Both the position numbers and the translations under genes were made by a program. The notes under the pieces are model-generated. The model saw only the letters and a program-made list of their open reading frames with translations, made no database searches and had not been told where the DNA came from. Source: Actinomycetota bacterium (lineage in GTDB: Bacteria; Actinomycetota; Acidimicrobiia; Spongiisociales; UBA5794). Taken from it: 64,000 nt of DNA. The stretch lies in assembly GCA_030123765.1 (NCBI GenBank), contig JASJXX010000004.1:3601-67600 (forward strand), given 5' to 3'. Below are positions 8,920-19,226 of this stretch, piece by piece (the stretch's first letter is position 1; every line of letters starts with the position of its first letter).

Positions 8920-10457
8920 GTCGCGGAGTCTTGCACGCTCTCCGTGACTCCGCGATCGAACGCCGCCTTGTTCATCGCGGAGACGATCGCGCGCGCCGAC
9001 CCCTCAACAACGTCTGTCGACACACCCCGCCCGGAGTAGGTGGCCGACCCGACCTTGATGAGAACGTTGACCTCGGCCATTGCGTCGGCTCCGGAGGTGA
9101 TAGGGGAGACTCGATAATCGAGCAGCTCTGCCGGGATGCCGTACGCGTCCTGGAGGGCGACGAAGGTCGCGTTGATCATGCCATCACCATTCGCGGTGGC
9201 TGTCACTTCTTCACCGTTTCGCGAGAGCGTGACTGTTGCGACGGGTATCTCGTGCGAGCCGCCCGAGACATATATCGCCTCGAAGCGCAGCTCCTCGGAG
9301 AGGGCGCCGGTCTCTTCGCCGACAATCGCTCGAAGGCCTTCTTCGGAGATCTCACCTTTACGGTCCGCGAGCTCCTTGAATCGCTCGAACGACCTCTGGA
9401 AGTCGGCATCCTCGAGCACGATCTCCATCTTGGTGAGAGCATGGAGGAAGGCTGCCCTCCCCGAGTGTTTGCCGAGCACGATGACGGATGTGCGACCGAC
9501 GGCTGCCGGATCCATGATCTCGTACGTCTCGCGGTTCCTGAGCACGCCGTGCTGGTGGATGCCGGATTCGTGGGTGAACGCGTTCCGGCCGACGACAGCC
9601 TTGTTGTATTGGATCGGGTAGCCCGTGAGGGTCGATACGAGGCGCGATGTCTCGAAGATCTGGGTCGTGTCCGCCCCGATCTCCACATTGAAGTGATCAG
9701 CCCGGGTCGTCACCGCCATGATGACTTCTTCCGTGGATGTGTTGCCTGCTCGTTCGCCGATCCCGTTGATGGCGCTCTCGATCTGGCGCGCGCCTGCATG
9801 AATCGCTGCGAGCGAATTCGCGACGGCGAGGCCGAGGTCGTCGTGGCAGTGCGTTGAGATGATCACATCCTCGTTGCCTGCACGGACATCGTCGTATACG
9901 CGTGTCAGGAGCTCGACGAAGTCCTGAGGCATCGCGAAACCAACCGTGTCAGGGATGTTGATCGTCGTGGCACCGCAAGCAACAGCCAGTCTGCAGACCT
10001 CGATGATGAAGTCAGGGTCTGAGCGTGTGGCGTCCTGTGGTGAGAACTCCACATCATCGACGTACCGCTTGGCCCGCTTCACACCCTCTTCGACAGATTT
10101 CAAGACCTCAGCAGGTGACATTCGCAGCATCTGGGACATGTGGATGGGCGACGTCGAGATGAAGACGTGGATGCGCTTCTTCTCTGCAGCCTTGAGCGCG
10201 TCGGCGGCGCGGTCGATGTCGTCGGGATGGGTTCGCGCAAGGGTCGCGATGACGGGACCCTGAACCTCGGCTGCGATTCTCGACACGGCGGTGAAGTCCC
10301 CCGGGCTCGCCGCGGCGAACCCGGCTTCGATCACGTCTACCCGCAGCCGCGCGAGCTGGGTCGCGATAGCGACCTTGTCGTCGGGGGAGAGGGCGATCCC
10401 GGGTGCCTGCTCACCGTCGCGGAGCGTCGTATCGAAGATGATGAGCTGGTCGTTCAT
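8916..10457 (-). CDS. leuA: 2-isopropylmalate synthase (LeuA/CimA family, with C-terminal regulatory domain).
   Basis: 513 aa. Motifs [14 protein letters not shown] and [16 protein letters not shown]. It overlaps leuB by 4 nt. Confidence 0.8.
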   Translation of the reverse strand: MNDQLIIFDTTLRDGEQAPGIALSPDDKVAIATQLARLRVDVIEAGFAAASPGDFTAVSRIAAEVQGPVIATLARTHPDDIDRAADALKAAEKKRIHVFISTSPIHMSQMLRMSPAEVLKSVEEGVKRAKRYVDDVEFSPQDATRSDPDFIIEVCRLAVACGATTINIPDTVGFAMPQDFVELLTRVYDDVRAGNEDVIISTHCHDDLGLAVANSLAAIHAGARQIESAINGIGERAGNTSTEEVIMAVTTRADHFNVEIGADTTQIFETSRLVSTLTGYPIQYNKAVVGRNAFTHESGIHQHGVLRNRETYEIMDPAAVGRTSVIVLGKHSGRAAFLHALTKMEIVLEDADFQRSFERFKELADRKGEISEEGLRAIVGEETGALSEELRFEAIYVSGGSHEIPVATVTLSRNGEEVTATANGDGMINATFVALQDAYGIPAELLDYRVSPITSGADAMAEVNVLIKVGSATYSGRGVSTDVVEGSARAIVSAMNKAAFDRGVTESVQDSAT

Positions 10458-10506
10458 AGAAGAGTCCTCGCCTCTCCCCCTGGAGAGGGCGATGTGTCGG
10501 TGGTAT

Positions 10507-11520
10507 TCATACGTCGTCTTCTGGTCTCTTGGCCACCATGAAGGGCATCATCTCGCGGAGCTGTCTGCCAGTCGCCTCGATGGGATGGTCCGCTATGGCG
10601 GCCCTCGCGGCTGAAAGGTTGGGAGACCCGGCTTCGTACTCGGCCATCCACTCCCGCGCGAACTCCCCCGATTGGATCTCTCCAAGTATCTTGCGCATCT
10701 CAGCTCTCGTCGCCGAAGTCACGATCCGTGGGCCGCGGGTCACATCCCCGTACTCGGCCGTGTCGGACACGGAGTGCCGCATCCACTCGATCCCGCCTTC
10801 GTACATGAGGTCGACGATGAGTTTCAGCTCGTGAAGAACTTCGAAGTATGCCATCTCAGGCCTGTATCCGGCCTCGGTGAGCGTCTCGAACGCTGCCTGG
10901 ACGAGCGAGTCGACACCGCCACAGAGGATCACCTGCTCCCCGAAGAGATCGGTCTCGGTCTCGTCCTTGAACGTGGTTGCGATGACTCCCGCCCTGGTTC
11001 CGCCGATGGCGTGCGCATACGACAGTGCAAGGGCGAACGCATCGCCGGAGGGATCCTGGTTGACCGCAACGAGGGTCGGAACGCCCGAGCCTTCAACGTA
11101 CTGTCGTCGCACAAGGTGCCCGGGCCCTTTCGGGGCGACCATTGCGACGTCGACGGCTTCTGGAGGGGTGATGAAGCCGAAGTGGATAGAGAAGCCGTGG
11201 GCGAAGAGCAAGGCGTCGCCAGGTTTGAGCCTCGGCGCGATCACCTTCGTGTAGAACTCAGGCTGCACCTGGTCAGGGAGGAGCATCATGATCACATCTG
11301 CCCACTCGGCGGCTGACTCTGGATCCACGACCTTGCACCCGGCGTCAGAAGCCGCCTGCGTCCTCGGCGAGCCCTCCCTGAGGCCGACGACCACATCGAC
11401 ACCGGACTCCTTGAGATTGAGCGCATGGGCGTGCCCTTGGCTCCCGAATCCCATGACAGCAACCTTGCGGCGTGCAATCAGTCCTGGATCAGCGTCCGTC
11501 TCGTAGTACATGGTGGTCAT
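10507..11520 (-). CDS. ilvC: Ketol-acid reductoisomerase.
   Basis: 337 aa. The N-terminus reads [36 protein letters not shown]. Confidence 0.92.
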   Translation of the reverse strand: MTTMYYETDADPGLIARRKVAVMGFGSQGHAHALNLKESGVDVVVGLREGSPRTQAASDAGCKVVDPESAAEWADVIMMLLPDQVQPEFYTKVIAPRLKPGDALLFAHGFSIHFGFITPPEAVDVAMVAPKGPGHLVRRQYVEGSGVPTLVAVNQDPSGDAFALALSYAHAIGGTRAGVIATTFKDETETDLFGEQVILCGGVDSLVQAAFETLTEAGYRPEMAYFEVLHELKLIVDLMYEGGIEWMRHSVSDTAEYGDVTRGPRIVTSATRAEMRKILGEIQSGEFAREWMAEYEAGSPNLSAARAAIADHPIEATGRQLREMMPFMVAKRPEDDV

Positions 11521-11533
11521 GGTGGTTGGCTCC

Positions 11534-12040
11534 CTACGCCGTTCGTTTCCGTGATCTGCTTGCGGACTTGTTGTCCTTTGCGAGCGCGATGCGCCCGGAC
11601 TTGACGAGGCTGATGATCCCGTACGTCCGCATGAATTCGAGGAAGTCAGAGAGCCGGGACGGTTCGCCTACGACTTCGAACGTGATGGTGGCCGCACCCA
11701 CGTCGACTGCGGTGGCCTCAAAGATGTTTGCTGCGTTGAGGATCTCGCTGCGTCGACTCGGGTCTGCGTTCACTCGGACAAGCATGATCTCCCGCTCCAC
11801 CGCCTCGCCGGGAAGGTGCTCGGTGACCTTGATGACATGCACGAGCTTGTAGAGCTGTTTGACGATCTGCTCCATCTCCGGGCCGTCGACGACCATGGTG
11901 ACTCGTGAACGGGTGGGATCCTCGGTCGGGCCGACAGCGAGGGAGTGAATGTTGAAGTCGCGCCTCGCGAACATCGATGCAATTCTCGCAAGCACCCCGG
12001 GTTTGTTCTCAACCGTCACCGTAATGAGATGCTGGCTCAC
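11534..12040 (-). CDS. ilvN: Acetolactate synthase small (regulatory) subunit.
   Basis: 168 aa. The ACT domain reads [26 protein letters not shown]. Confidence 0.9.
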   Translation of the reverse strand: MSQHLITVTVENKPGVLARIASMFARRDFNIHSLAVGPTEDPTRSRVTMVVDGPEMEQIVKQLYKLVHVIKVTEHLPGEAVEREIMLVRVNADPSRRSEILNAANIFEATAVDVGAATITFEVVGEPSRLSDFLEFMRTYGIISLVKSGRIALAKDNKSASRSRKRTA

Positions 12041-13755
12041 TTCACGTCCTCCGGTCCCATCAGAATCTCGTCGTTCGATCCGCCTGCAACGATCATGGGG
12101 AACACCATCGCGTCCGGGTCGCAGACGAATTCCATGACCACGGGCCTGTCATTGATGGCTAGCCCTTTCTCGATTGTGGGGATCACGTCCGCCGGCGTCT
12201 CGGCACGGAGCCCTGCACACCCCATGGCCTCAGCGAGCATTGGAATGTTCGGGATCGTGTGCGACATCTCGGTCGCCGAGTACCGCTCCCCGTAGAAGAG
12301 CTTCTGCCACTGGCGCACCATCCCGAGGTTCGCGTTGTTCAACACCGCGATCTTTACGGGGATTTGCTCTATCGCGGCAGTGATGAGCTCCTGGAAGGTC
12401 ATCTGGAAACACCCATCGCCGTCGATCGCGATGACCGTCCTCTCTGGCATTCCTGCCTGTGCCCCGATGGCGGCGGGGACCGCGTATCCCATCGTTCCAA
12501 GCCCCCCCGAGTTGATCCACGTATTCGGTTTCTCGAAGCCCCAGAACTGGGACGTCCACATCTGGTGCTGGCCGACCCCGGCCACGACGATGGTGTCAGG
12601 TCCCGAGCGCTTCGAGAGCTGGTCGATGACGTACTGCTGTTGGATCGGTCCCTCAGGATCCTGTTCGTAAGCGAGGGGGAAGTCGCGCTGCCACCGAGCA
12701 AGGGTTGCTAGCCACTCGGTTCGGGGAGGCGCCGCGTCACCTCCGAGACGTTCAGCGCCTTGAGCGAGCAACTGGTCGAGGACCGCTTTGGCGTCACCAA
12801 CGATCGGTATGTCCGCCTTTCGGATCTTGCTTATCTCGGCCGGATCAACGTCGACGTGGATGATCTTCGCACCTGGAGCGAAGAACTCTGTGTCCCCCGT
12901 GACCCTGTCGTCGAAGCGGGCCCCGATCGCTATGAGGAGATCCGAACGTTGCATAGCGGTCGACGCCGTGTACGTACCGTGCATCCCTGGCATGCCGAGC
13001 GTGAGGGGGTGTGAGTCCGGTACTGCCCCTCTGGCCATGAGCGTTGTCACGACAGGGAGGTTCTGCTGTTTGGCGAAGGCCCGCAGCTCGTTGCTCGCCC
13101 CCGCCCGAATGACGCCACCCCCCGCATACAACACGGGTCTCTCGGAATTGATGATCGCCTCGATTGCCGCTTTCACCTGGCGGGGGTGTCCCTTCACCGA
13201 GGGACGGTACCCCGGCAGGTCGATCTCCTGGGGGCCGTGCCACTCCATCTCATCAGCTAGGGCGTCTTTGGTGATGTCGACGAGGACCGGCCCTGGTCGG
13301 CCTGTTGACGCAAGGTGGAATGCTTCGCGGACCGTGGACGAGATCTCTTCGATCTTCGTCACGAGATAGTTGTGCTTGGTCACCGGCATCGTGATCCCCC
13401 AGGTGTGCGTCTCCTGGAACGCGTCGAGGCCGATCTTTGCTGAACTGACCTGAGCGGTGATCGCCACGATCGGGATGGAATCCATGTAGGCGTCTGCGAG
13501 CGGAGTGATCAAATTGGTCACGCCCGGGCCAGACGTCGCGAAGGTGACACCGACCCTGCCGGTCGCGTGCGCATATCCGGAAGCCATGTGTCCTCCGCCC
13601 TGCTCGTGCCGTGCGAGGACGTGACGGATAGGGCTCGAGTACAGCTCGTCGTATGCCTGGAGGATCGCGCCGCCCGGGACGCCGAAGATCACCTCGACGT
13701 CTTCGTGTTCGAGGGATCTGATGAGGATCGCTGCTCCGTTGAGTTGATCTGCCAT
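12037..13755 (-). CDS. ilvB: Acetolactate synthase large subunit.
   Basis: 572 aa with a ThDP-enzyme signature and a GDG....N motif. The start codon is preceded by GGAGA. Confidence 0.92.
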   Translation of the reverse strand: MADQLNGAAILIRSLEHEDVEVIFGVPGGAILQAYDELYSSPIRHVLARHEQGGGHMASGYAHATGRVGVTFATSGPGVTNLITPLADAYMDSIPIVAITAQVSSAKIGLDAFQETHTWGITMPVTKHNYLVTKIEEISSTVREAFHLASTGRPGPVLVDITKDALADEMEWHGPQEIDLPGYRPSVKGHPRQVKAAIEAIINSERPVLYAGGGVIRAGASNELRAFAKQQNLPVVTTLMARGAVPDSHPLTLGMPGMHGTYTASTAMQRSDLLIAIGARFDDRVTGDTEFFAPGAKIIHVDVDPAEISKIRKADIPIVGDAKAVLDQLLAQGAERLGGDAAPPRTEWLATLARWQRDFPLAYEQDPEGPIQQQYVIDQLSKRSGPDTIVVAGVGQHQMWTSQFWGFEKPNTWINSGGLGTMGYAVPAAIGAQAGMPERTVIAIDGDGCFQMTFQELITAAIEQIPVKIAVLNNANLGMVRQWQKLFYGERYSATEMSHTIPNIPMLAEAMGCAGLRAETPADVIPTIEKGLAINDRPVVMEFVCDPDAMVFPMIVAGGSNDEILMGPEDVK

Positions 13756-13777
13756 GGTGTCTCCGAATAGAAGAGAA

Positions 13778-13795
13778 CCCTCCGAGCACGGAGGG
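13778..13795 (-). terminator. Attenuator or terminator hairpin in the ilvB leader.
   Basis: A perfect 7-bp stem (ccctccg / cggaggg) with loop agca. On the minus-strand RNA it is followed by UUCUCUUCUAUUC and lies ~20 nt upstream of the ilvB ATG. Confidence 0.4.
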
Positions 13796-13822
13796 TTGGG
13801 CGCATCGGGTGTGGGGATGCGC

Positions 13823-13861
13823 CTATCTGAGAATAAGTACGAGTCCGTGTCTGATGGTCAT
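13823..13861 (-). CDS. Candidate ilvB leader peptide MTIRHGLVLILR (12 aa).
   Basis: The short ORF ends 27 nt before the attenuator hairpin. It contains a run of Leu-Val-Leu-Ile-Leu codons, as in actinobacterial ilvB leaders. No strong SD is present. Confidence 0.35.
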   Translation of the reverse strand: MTIRHGLVLILR

Positions 13862-13957
13862 GTCGTGCGTCCAACTGTTTGTCTGTGTGGTCTGCGAGTA
13901 TGGCATCGTGGGATCACATGTCAAGATGACGCGCCGCCCCTCTCGTTGTGAGGTGCC

Positions 13958-15148
13958 GTGAAAGTGGATAGAGCTCTCCTCGAAGCACTTCAGCCTGTCA
14001 TTCAAGCGGCGCGCCATGCCCTTGCCGACATGGACTCCAGTGACATCCCCGCGAGCCTCCGCAAGGTCGCTCGAAGCTCGGAGCGAACGCTGACGCCTCC
14101 GCTCGCGAGGTTGGTTGTGGATGCACTCGTCGAGAAGGCGTGGTTTCGTGATGATGTGGCCGAACGATTGGGCACCGACGATCCTCTGCTCTCCGCGTTT
14201 CTCGAAGATCCCGAGTCTGCGTCGCTCGAGACGAGCGACAGGATCAGGGCACTTCGGGAGAGCAGCATCGCAGAGGAACTCGAATCGACGAAGAAGAGGG
14301 TCGCGGATCTCACCGATCAGCTCGCTGAGGCGAAGCGGCGTCTCAGGACGACGCGTGCGTCGCACAGAGATGAGCTCGCACGAGCCCGGTCATCGGGCAC
14401 TCAAGCGCGCGAGCGGGCTGAGAGTCGCAACCGGGATTTGATGAGCCTCCTCGAACAAGGCGGAGCACGCGTAGATGTGCTCGAGGCCGAGGTCGTTCGC
14501 CTCTCGTCCGAACGCGCAGCGATGGAGGTCCGGTTGCGGCGAGCATCTGAGCGGACTCGAAGGCGTTCACCGGATCTCGCCATCCAGGTGCCGTCCCGCC
14601 CGGACGCGGCGCCATCGGATCCGCTCGAGTTCGCGCGCTGGCTTGACACCCTGGAGCGGATATCGCGGCCGTTTCGTGAGCAGAGCTCAGCGCCGTCGTA
14701 CCGTTCGTCACTCGCCGACTTGCAGGTCCCCGCGGGGGTCGCCCCGGATTCTGGCCTGGCACTCGACGCGTTGATTCATCAACGTCCTCGTCGGATCATC
14801 CTCGACGGTTACAACATAGCCGGTGAGATCCGCGGCGGTTCGTTCGCTGGCAGGGAGGCGCGCGATGACGTCATACGCAGAGCCGGTCGGCTCACGAGGT
14901 TGACTGACGCGGAGATTCTCGTCGTGTTCGACGGCCAGGATGACGAGTCTCGCGATGGATTCAAGTCGACAGACGGAGTCGCTGTCCGATTCTCGCGCGG
15001 GGAGAAGGCCGACGATGTCATCGTGAGCCTTGTTGTCGCCGACCCCTCTCGCACCGTTGTCATAACGAATGACAGGGAGCTTCGCACGCGGTGCGCCCTC
15101 AGCGGATGCGTTCCGATCTGGGCTTCAGCGTTCGTGCGGTGGTGCTGA
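13958..15148 (+). CDS. NYN/YacP-like (PIN-related) nuclease-domain protein with a long charged, coiled-coil N-terminal region.
   Basis: 396 aa. The C-terminus (RRIILDGYNIAGE...ILVVFDGQDD...ADDVIVSLV...VVITNDRELR) fits the NYN/YacP fold. The N-terminal 250 aa are Arg/Glu/Ala-rich heptad-like sequence. GTG start. Confidence 0.6.
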   Translation: MKVDRALLEALQPVIQAARHALADMDSSDIPASLRKVARSSERTLTPPLARLVVDALVEKAWFRDDVAERLGTDDPLLSAFLEDPESASLETSDRIRALRESSIAEELESTKKRVADLTDQLAEAKRRLRTTRASHRDELARARSSGTQARERAESRNRDLMSLLEQGGARVDVLEAEVVRLSSERAAMEVRLRRASERTRRRSPDLAIQVPSRPDAAPSDPLEFARWLDTLERISRPFREQSSAPSYRSSLADLQVPAGVAPDSGLALDALIHQRPRRIILDGYNIAGEIRGGSFAGREARDDVIRRAGRLTRLTDAEILVVFDGQDDESRDGFKSTDGVAVRFSRGEKADDVIVSLVVADPSRTVVITNDRELRTRCALSGCVPIWASAFVRWC

Positions 15149-15184
15149 AGAGGACCCTCGAGTCACACGTCAACAGAGCGTCGA

Positions 15185-16219
15185 TCAGAGGAGAAGCTCG
15201 GCCAACATCGTGAGTGTGGGAACGTCGGACGTGCTCACGATGAGCGTCGTGACACCTGAGTCGCGCCACGCATCGAGGCGATCCGCGATCCGTTCCTTCG
15301 AGCCGACGAGGCTCAGTTCGTCGACGAGAGCGTCGGGTACCGCCATCGTTGCCTCCATTTTCTTTCCGGCGAGATAGAGGTCCTGGATGGTCTCCGCCTC
15401 CTCGTCATAGCCGTAACGGCACGCGAGGTCGTTGTAAAAGTTGTGGCCCTTGGCGCCCATTCCGCCGATGTAGAGAGCAATGAACGGCTTCATGGTTAGC
15501 CGCCCTGCGTCGAGGTCGTCGGTGAGCAGAGCGCTCAACGTCGGCGCAATCTCGAACCGCTCCCCCTTGTCGGGCTCCCCGGAGCGGGCGAAACCCTTCT
15601 CGAGGAGCGGCGTGTAGAGCTCGCCGACGCGGTCGGGGGAGAGGAACACGGGGAGCCACCCGTCCGCGATCTCGGCCGTGAGCTGCACGTTCTTTGGACC
15701 GATTGCTGCGATGAAGATCGGTAGGTCAGGGTTCTTCGGTCGGTGCATGAGCTTGAGCGGCTTGCCTAGCCCTGTCGACCCCTCACCGGTGTAAGGGAGG
15801 GCGTAATGGGTGCCCGCGTGGGTGACCGGCTCGTCCCTGGCGAGCATCTTGCGCACGATCTCCACGTACTCCCGAGTCACACCCAGCGGCTTCCCATAGG
15901 GGCGGCCGTGCCAGCCTTCGACCACCTGGGGACCTGAGACACCGAGTCCGAGCAGGAACCGTCCGTTCGACATGATGTCGAGCGTTGATGCGGTCATAGC
16001 GGTCATAGCCGGCGTGCGTGCAGGCATCTGAAAAACTGCCGACCCGACCTTGATGCGCTCGGTCTTTGCGGCAATCCACGCAAGGGGCGTGAGAGCGTCC
16101 GCACCGTACGCCTCCGCAGTCCAGACGCTGTCGTATCCGAGATCCTCGACCAACGAGATCAGGGAGAAATCATCAGCGATAGCCGTTCCGAAGTAACCGA
16201 TGTTGAGGCCAAGTTTCAT
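15185..16219 (-). CDS. LLM-class (luciferase-like) flavin/F420-dependent oxidoreductase.
   Basis: The start is set at ATG 16219 (MKLGLNIGYFG...). The track ORF extends to 16441 but its first 74 aa are not LLM-like. It is a TIM-barrel LLM family member. Confidence 0.75.
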   Translation of the reverse strand: MKLGLNIGYFGTAIADDFSLISLVEDLGYDSVWTAEAYGADALTPLAWIAAKTERIKVGSAVFQMPARTPAMTAMTASTLDIMSNGRFLLGLGVSGPQVVEGWHGRPYGKPLGVTREYVEIVRKMLARDEPVTHAGTHYALPYTGEGSTGLGKPLKLMHRPKNPDLPIFIAAIGPKNVQLTAEIADGWLPVFLSPDRVGELYTPLLEKGFARSGEPDKGERFEIAPTLSALLTDDLDAGRLTMKPFIALYIGGMGAKGHNFYNDLACRYGYDEEAETIQDLYLAGKKMEATMAVPDALVDELSLVGSKERIADRLDAWRDSGVTTLIVSTSDVPTLTMLAELLL

Positions 16220-16237
16220 GGACGAGACAGTAGACGT

Positions 16238-17431
16238 GTGCCCGGTCCCAAGCATCTCTCGCAGTTTGCGTGCGCCTATCGTTGTCAGGTGGATCTGTAC
16301 CCGTCCCTCGTAACGATTGCCGACAGCGCATCGGCGGCAATTGGAGTCACTGACCTTGCTCCGTTCCCTGACGAGGCAGTCAGGATCAGGTCTCGAGTCG
16401 CAAGCGGCCTCCACGGCGGGCTCTCTTTCACCTATGCGCATCCTGAGACTGCCTCGTCACCGCGTGAGTCGTTCCCCTGGGCGGCATCGATCGTCGTCGT
16501 CGCCCTCCCGTACCTGAGGGAGGGAGACGGCCCGAGTGACCGGCGCAGCGTGGCGCGCTTCGCCGACGGCGACAGGTACGAGGGGCTGCGCTCGCTCCTC
16601 GCCACGCTCGCGCTCAAGATCAGCGACGACGGATACCGTGCCGAGGTTGTCTTCGACGACAACAGAATCATCGATCGAGCCGTCGCGATACGAGCAGGCG
16701 TGGTCTGGTCGGGCAAGTCCACGATGGTGCTCACTCCAGGAGCGGGACCCTGGATCCTTCTCGGTTCGGTAGTCACGGACGCCGAGCTTGTGAAGACCGG
16801 GCAGATGCGTCGAACGTGCGGCACATGTGATGCATGCATCCCCGCGTGCCCGACCGACGCGATCATCGCTCCAGGGATCCTTGATGCCCGCCGGTGCATC
16901 TCTGCTGTCCTCCAGCGAAGGGGAGTGATAGATCCGGGGCTGCGAACCGCGATCGGGGGCAGAATCTACGGTTGCGACGAATGTCTTACGGCCTGCCCGC
17001 CCGGAAAGCAGGCACTCGCGTCGCTTGAACGAGCCGGGGATGGACTTCGACCCGAGGTGGTGCTCAGCCTCAGTGACGGTGAGCTTGAGGTACTCGTGGA
17101 GCACTGGTACATCCCCTCGCGGAGGATGAGGTTCGTCCGCAGAAATGCCCTCGTGGCGCTCGGCAACACCGGATCTGAGCCCTCTCTTGCTCTCCTAGAA
17201 AGATATCTGTGTGACCCCGACGCTCTCCTGCGCTGCCACGCGGCGTGGGCGGTGGGGCGCATCGCCGGATCTCGTGCAGCAGAGATGTGCCGGGCCGCGT
17301 ATGACACCGAGCGAGACGAAGAGGTTCGAGGCGAGCTCAGAGCGGCGATCGCTGCTTCGAGGCGGGGTGGCGTCTACGCTGACGACGCGCAGGAAGAACG
17401 ACGCCCCGACTCTGAGGAGAACGCTCGGTGA
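16238..17431 (+). CDS. queG: tRNA epoxyqueuosine(34) reductase.
   Basis: 397 aa with two 4Fe-4S motifs (CGTCDACIPACP, CDECLTACPPG) and a C-terminal HEAT-like tail. The GTG at 16238 or the GTG at 16289 could be the start. Confidence 0.8.
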   Translation: MPGPKHLSQFACAYRCQVDLYPSLVTIADSASAAIGVTDLAPFPDEAVRIRSRVASGLHGGLSFTYAHPETASSPRESFPWAASIVVVALPYLREGDGPSDRRSVARFADGDRYEGLRSLLATLALKISDDGYRAEVVFDDNRIIDRAVAIRAGVVWSGKSTMVLTPGAGPWILLGSVVTDAELVKTGQMRRTCGTCDACIPACPTDAIIAPGILDARRCISAVLQRRGVIDPGLRTAIGGRIYGCDECLTACPPGKQALASLERAGDGLRPEVVLSLSDGELEVLVEHWYIPSRRMRFVRRNALVALGNTGSEPSLALLERYLCDPDALLRCHAAWAVGRIAGSRAAEMCRAAYDTERDEEVRGELRAAIAASRRGGVYADDAQEERRPDSEENAR

Positions 17432-17718
17432 CCGCCTTGTTTGGCATGGCTCTACTCATCGGAATCGTGATGATGCTCGCGTGGATCGCTGCCACAGCCG
17501 TTGCAGCCAACGTGGAGGGTTGGGCGAACGTCGACCCGGAGCGGCGTTTCGGCTCAGAGGGAAGGTTCATCCTTGCTGGCGTCCTTGGCTTCGGGATGGC
17601 AGGGCTCTCTTCCTTCTACGCAGGGTGGCCGCCTCCTGTCGCGCTTGGCGCCAGCCTTGTCGGTGCAGCGGGCCTCGTCGGCGTGTCGATCTGGCTGGGA
17701 CCAGAAACGGGCGAGTGA
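17428..17718 (+). CDS. Small membrane protein (2-3 TM), function unknown.
   Basis: 96 aa and hydrophobic. Its GTG start overlaps the queG stop (GTGA). Confidence 0.45.
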   Translation: MTALFGMALLIGIVMMLAWIAATAVAANVEGWANVDPERRFGSEGRFILAGVLGFGMAGLSSFYAGWPPPVALGASLVGAAGLVGVSIWLGPETGE

Positions 17719-17721
17719 TCC

Positions 17722-18474
17722 ATGTTGCTCGTCTCCGACATCCACGGAGCGTCTGACGCCCTCGCCAGAGTCGCAGCGTCGACGGAGATACTGGTGGTAC
17801 TGGGCGACCTTGTGAATCTCATCGACTACCGGACGAGTGAAGGGATCGTTGCCGACGTCATCGGCGCGGACACCGTCGGAGAGATCTCGCGTCTCCGCGC
17901 AGAGAGGCGACACGAAGAGGCGAACGGCGTGTGGCGCTCCGCGGTGCGGGACCGTGAGGTGGAGGTCCACGACGCGATCGGCGAACTGATGTCGGCCGAG
18001 TACGTCGAAGTGTGTGCGGCGCTCGAAGGCACGAGTTCGTACGTCATATACGGAAACGCCGACCGTCCGCCGATGCTCGCGGCGCACCTCCCGCCAACGG
18101 CAGAGCTTCTGGACGCGGAGACCAGAGAGATCGAGGGACACATCGTCGGATTCGTGGGCGGTGGGATCCCGCGCATCGGAACTTCGGGAGAGGTCAGCGG
18201 CTCTGAGATGCGAGAGAAACTGAACAAGATCGGGGCTGTTGACATCCTATGCACCCACGTCCCTCCTGACGTTCTCCCTCTCGCGTCCGACGTCATCGGA
18301 CGAACACGGAAAGGGTCGCCTGAGATTCTCGAGTACCTCCTCGAATATGAACCTCAGTTCCACTACTTCGGTGACATTCACCAGCCGAAGGCGACGACGT
18401 GGAGAGTCGGGAACACGACGTGCATCAATGTCGGGTATTTCCGTGCCACAGGTCGCGCTGTTCGCCATGGGTGA
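17722..18474 (+). CDS. Metallophosphoesterase (calcineurin-like).
   Basis: 250 aa. Motifs MLLVSDIHG and LVVLGDLVN. Confidence 0.75.
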   Translation: MLLVSDIHGASDALARVAASTEILVVLGDLVNLIDYRTSEGIVADVIGADTVGEISRLRAERRHEEANGVWRSAVRDREVEVHDAIGELMSAEYVEVCAALEGTSSYVIYGNADRPPMLAAHLPPTAELLDAETREIEGHIVGFVGGGIPRIGTSGEVSGSEMREKLNKIGAVDILCTHVPPDVLPLASDVIGRTRKGSPEILEYLLEYEPQFHYFGDIHQPKATTWRVGNTTCINVGYFRATGRAVRHG

Positions 18475-19186
18475 CATCGACCTTGAACAACTCGCAGACG
18501 GATACCGCCACAGACCCATGTCCGAGTCGGCGCGCCAGAGAGCCATTGTGTCCGCGGATGGCTCGAAGGGATGGCTCCTCGACATCGGCGGGGGCACCGG
18601 AGGACACGCAGCGACCTGGGTGGCCGCAGGTCGGCGTCCTGTCGTTGTCGATCCGTCGTCAAGGATGGCCGCCAGAGCCAGAGAGATGCGAGAAGTCGAG
18701 GTGGTGCAAGGAAGAGCGCAGGCGCTTCCGTTCGCTGACAATTCTGTCGATCTTGCGTACTTCCACCTCTCTATCCACTACGGGGAGTGGCCGCGTGCGG
18801 TAGAAGAGTCCCTGCGGGTGACCAGGCCCGGAGGTCGAGTCGAGATCTGGACGATGGCACCATCAGCGATCCAGCGGTCGTCGCTTGGAGAGTGGTTCCC
18901 GAAAGTCGTTGAGATCGACGCCGCTCGGTTCCCCGAGCCGCAGCAGATCGCTGAATTCTGCACTTCGAGGAATGGAACGGTTCAGATGTATGACGTGCAG
19001 GAAGTCATCGAACGGCCAGCGGGGGAGTGGATGCAAGCCGTGCAGGACCGTTTTGTGAGCACACTCCAGCTTCTCTCGGATGACGAGATTGCCGAAGGCA
19101 TTACCCGGTTTCGTGCGGCCCACCCGGACGTTGGTGCCCTGTACCGCTCTCACCTCACGCTCACGAGGATCAGCATCGTCGTCTAG
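18467..19186 (+). CDS. Class I SAM-dependent methyltransferase.
   Basis: The start is set at ATG 18467 (MGDIDLEQ...), which overlaps the upstream stop. The track ORF starts at 18239 inside the previous gene. The SAM-binding motif is LLDIGGGTGGHA. Confidence 0.7.
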   Translation: MGDIDLEQLADGYRHRPMSESARQRAIVSADGSKGWLLDIGGGTGGHAATWVAAGRRPVVVDPSSRMAARAREMREVEVVQGRAQALPFADNSVDLAYFHLSIHYGEWPRAVEESLRVTRPGGRVEIWTMAPSAIQRSSLGEWFPKVVEIDAARFPEPQQIAEFCTSRNGTVQMYDVQEVIERPAGEWMQAVQDRFVSTLQLLSDDEIAEGITRFRAAHPDVGALYRSHLTLTRISIVV

Positions 19187-19226
19187 CCGCTACGCTGACA
19201 GCGGTCGGGAACACGAAGGAGTGCCG

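Noticed and set aside
13823-14365. A 180-aa minus-strand ORF upstream of ilvB.
   Set aside because: It is antisense to the NYN-domain gene. Only its last 12 codons are retained as the candidate ilvB leader peptide.
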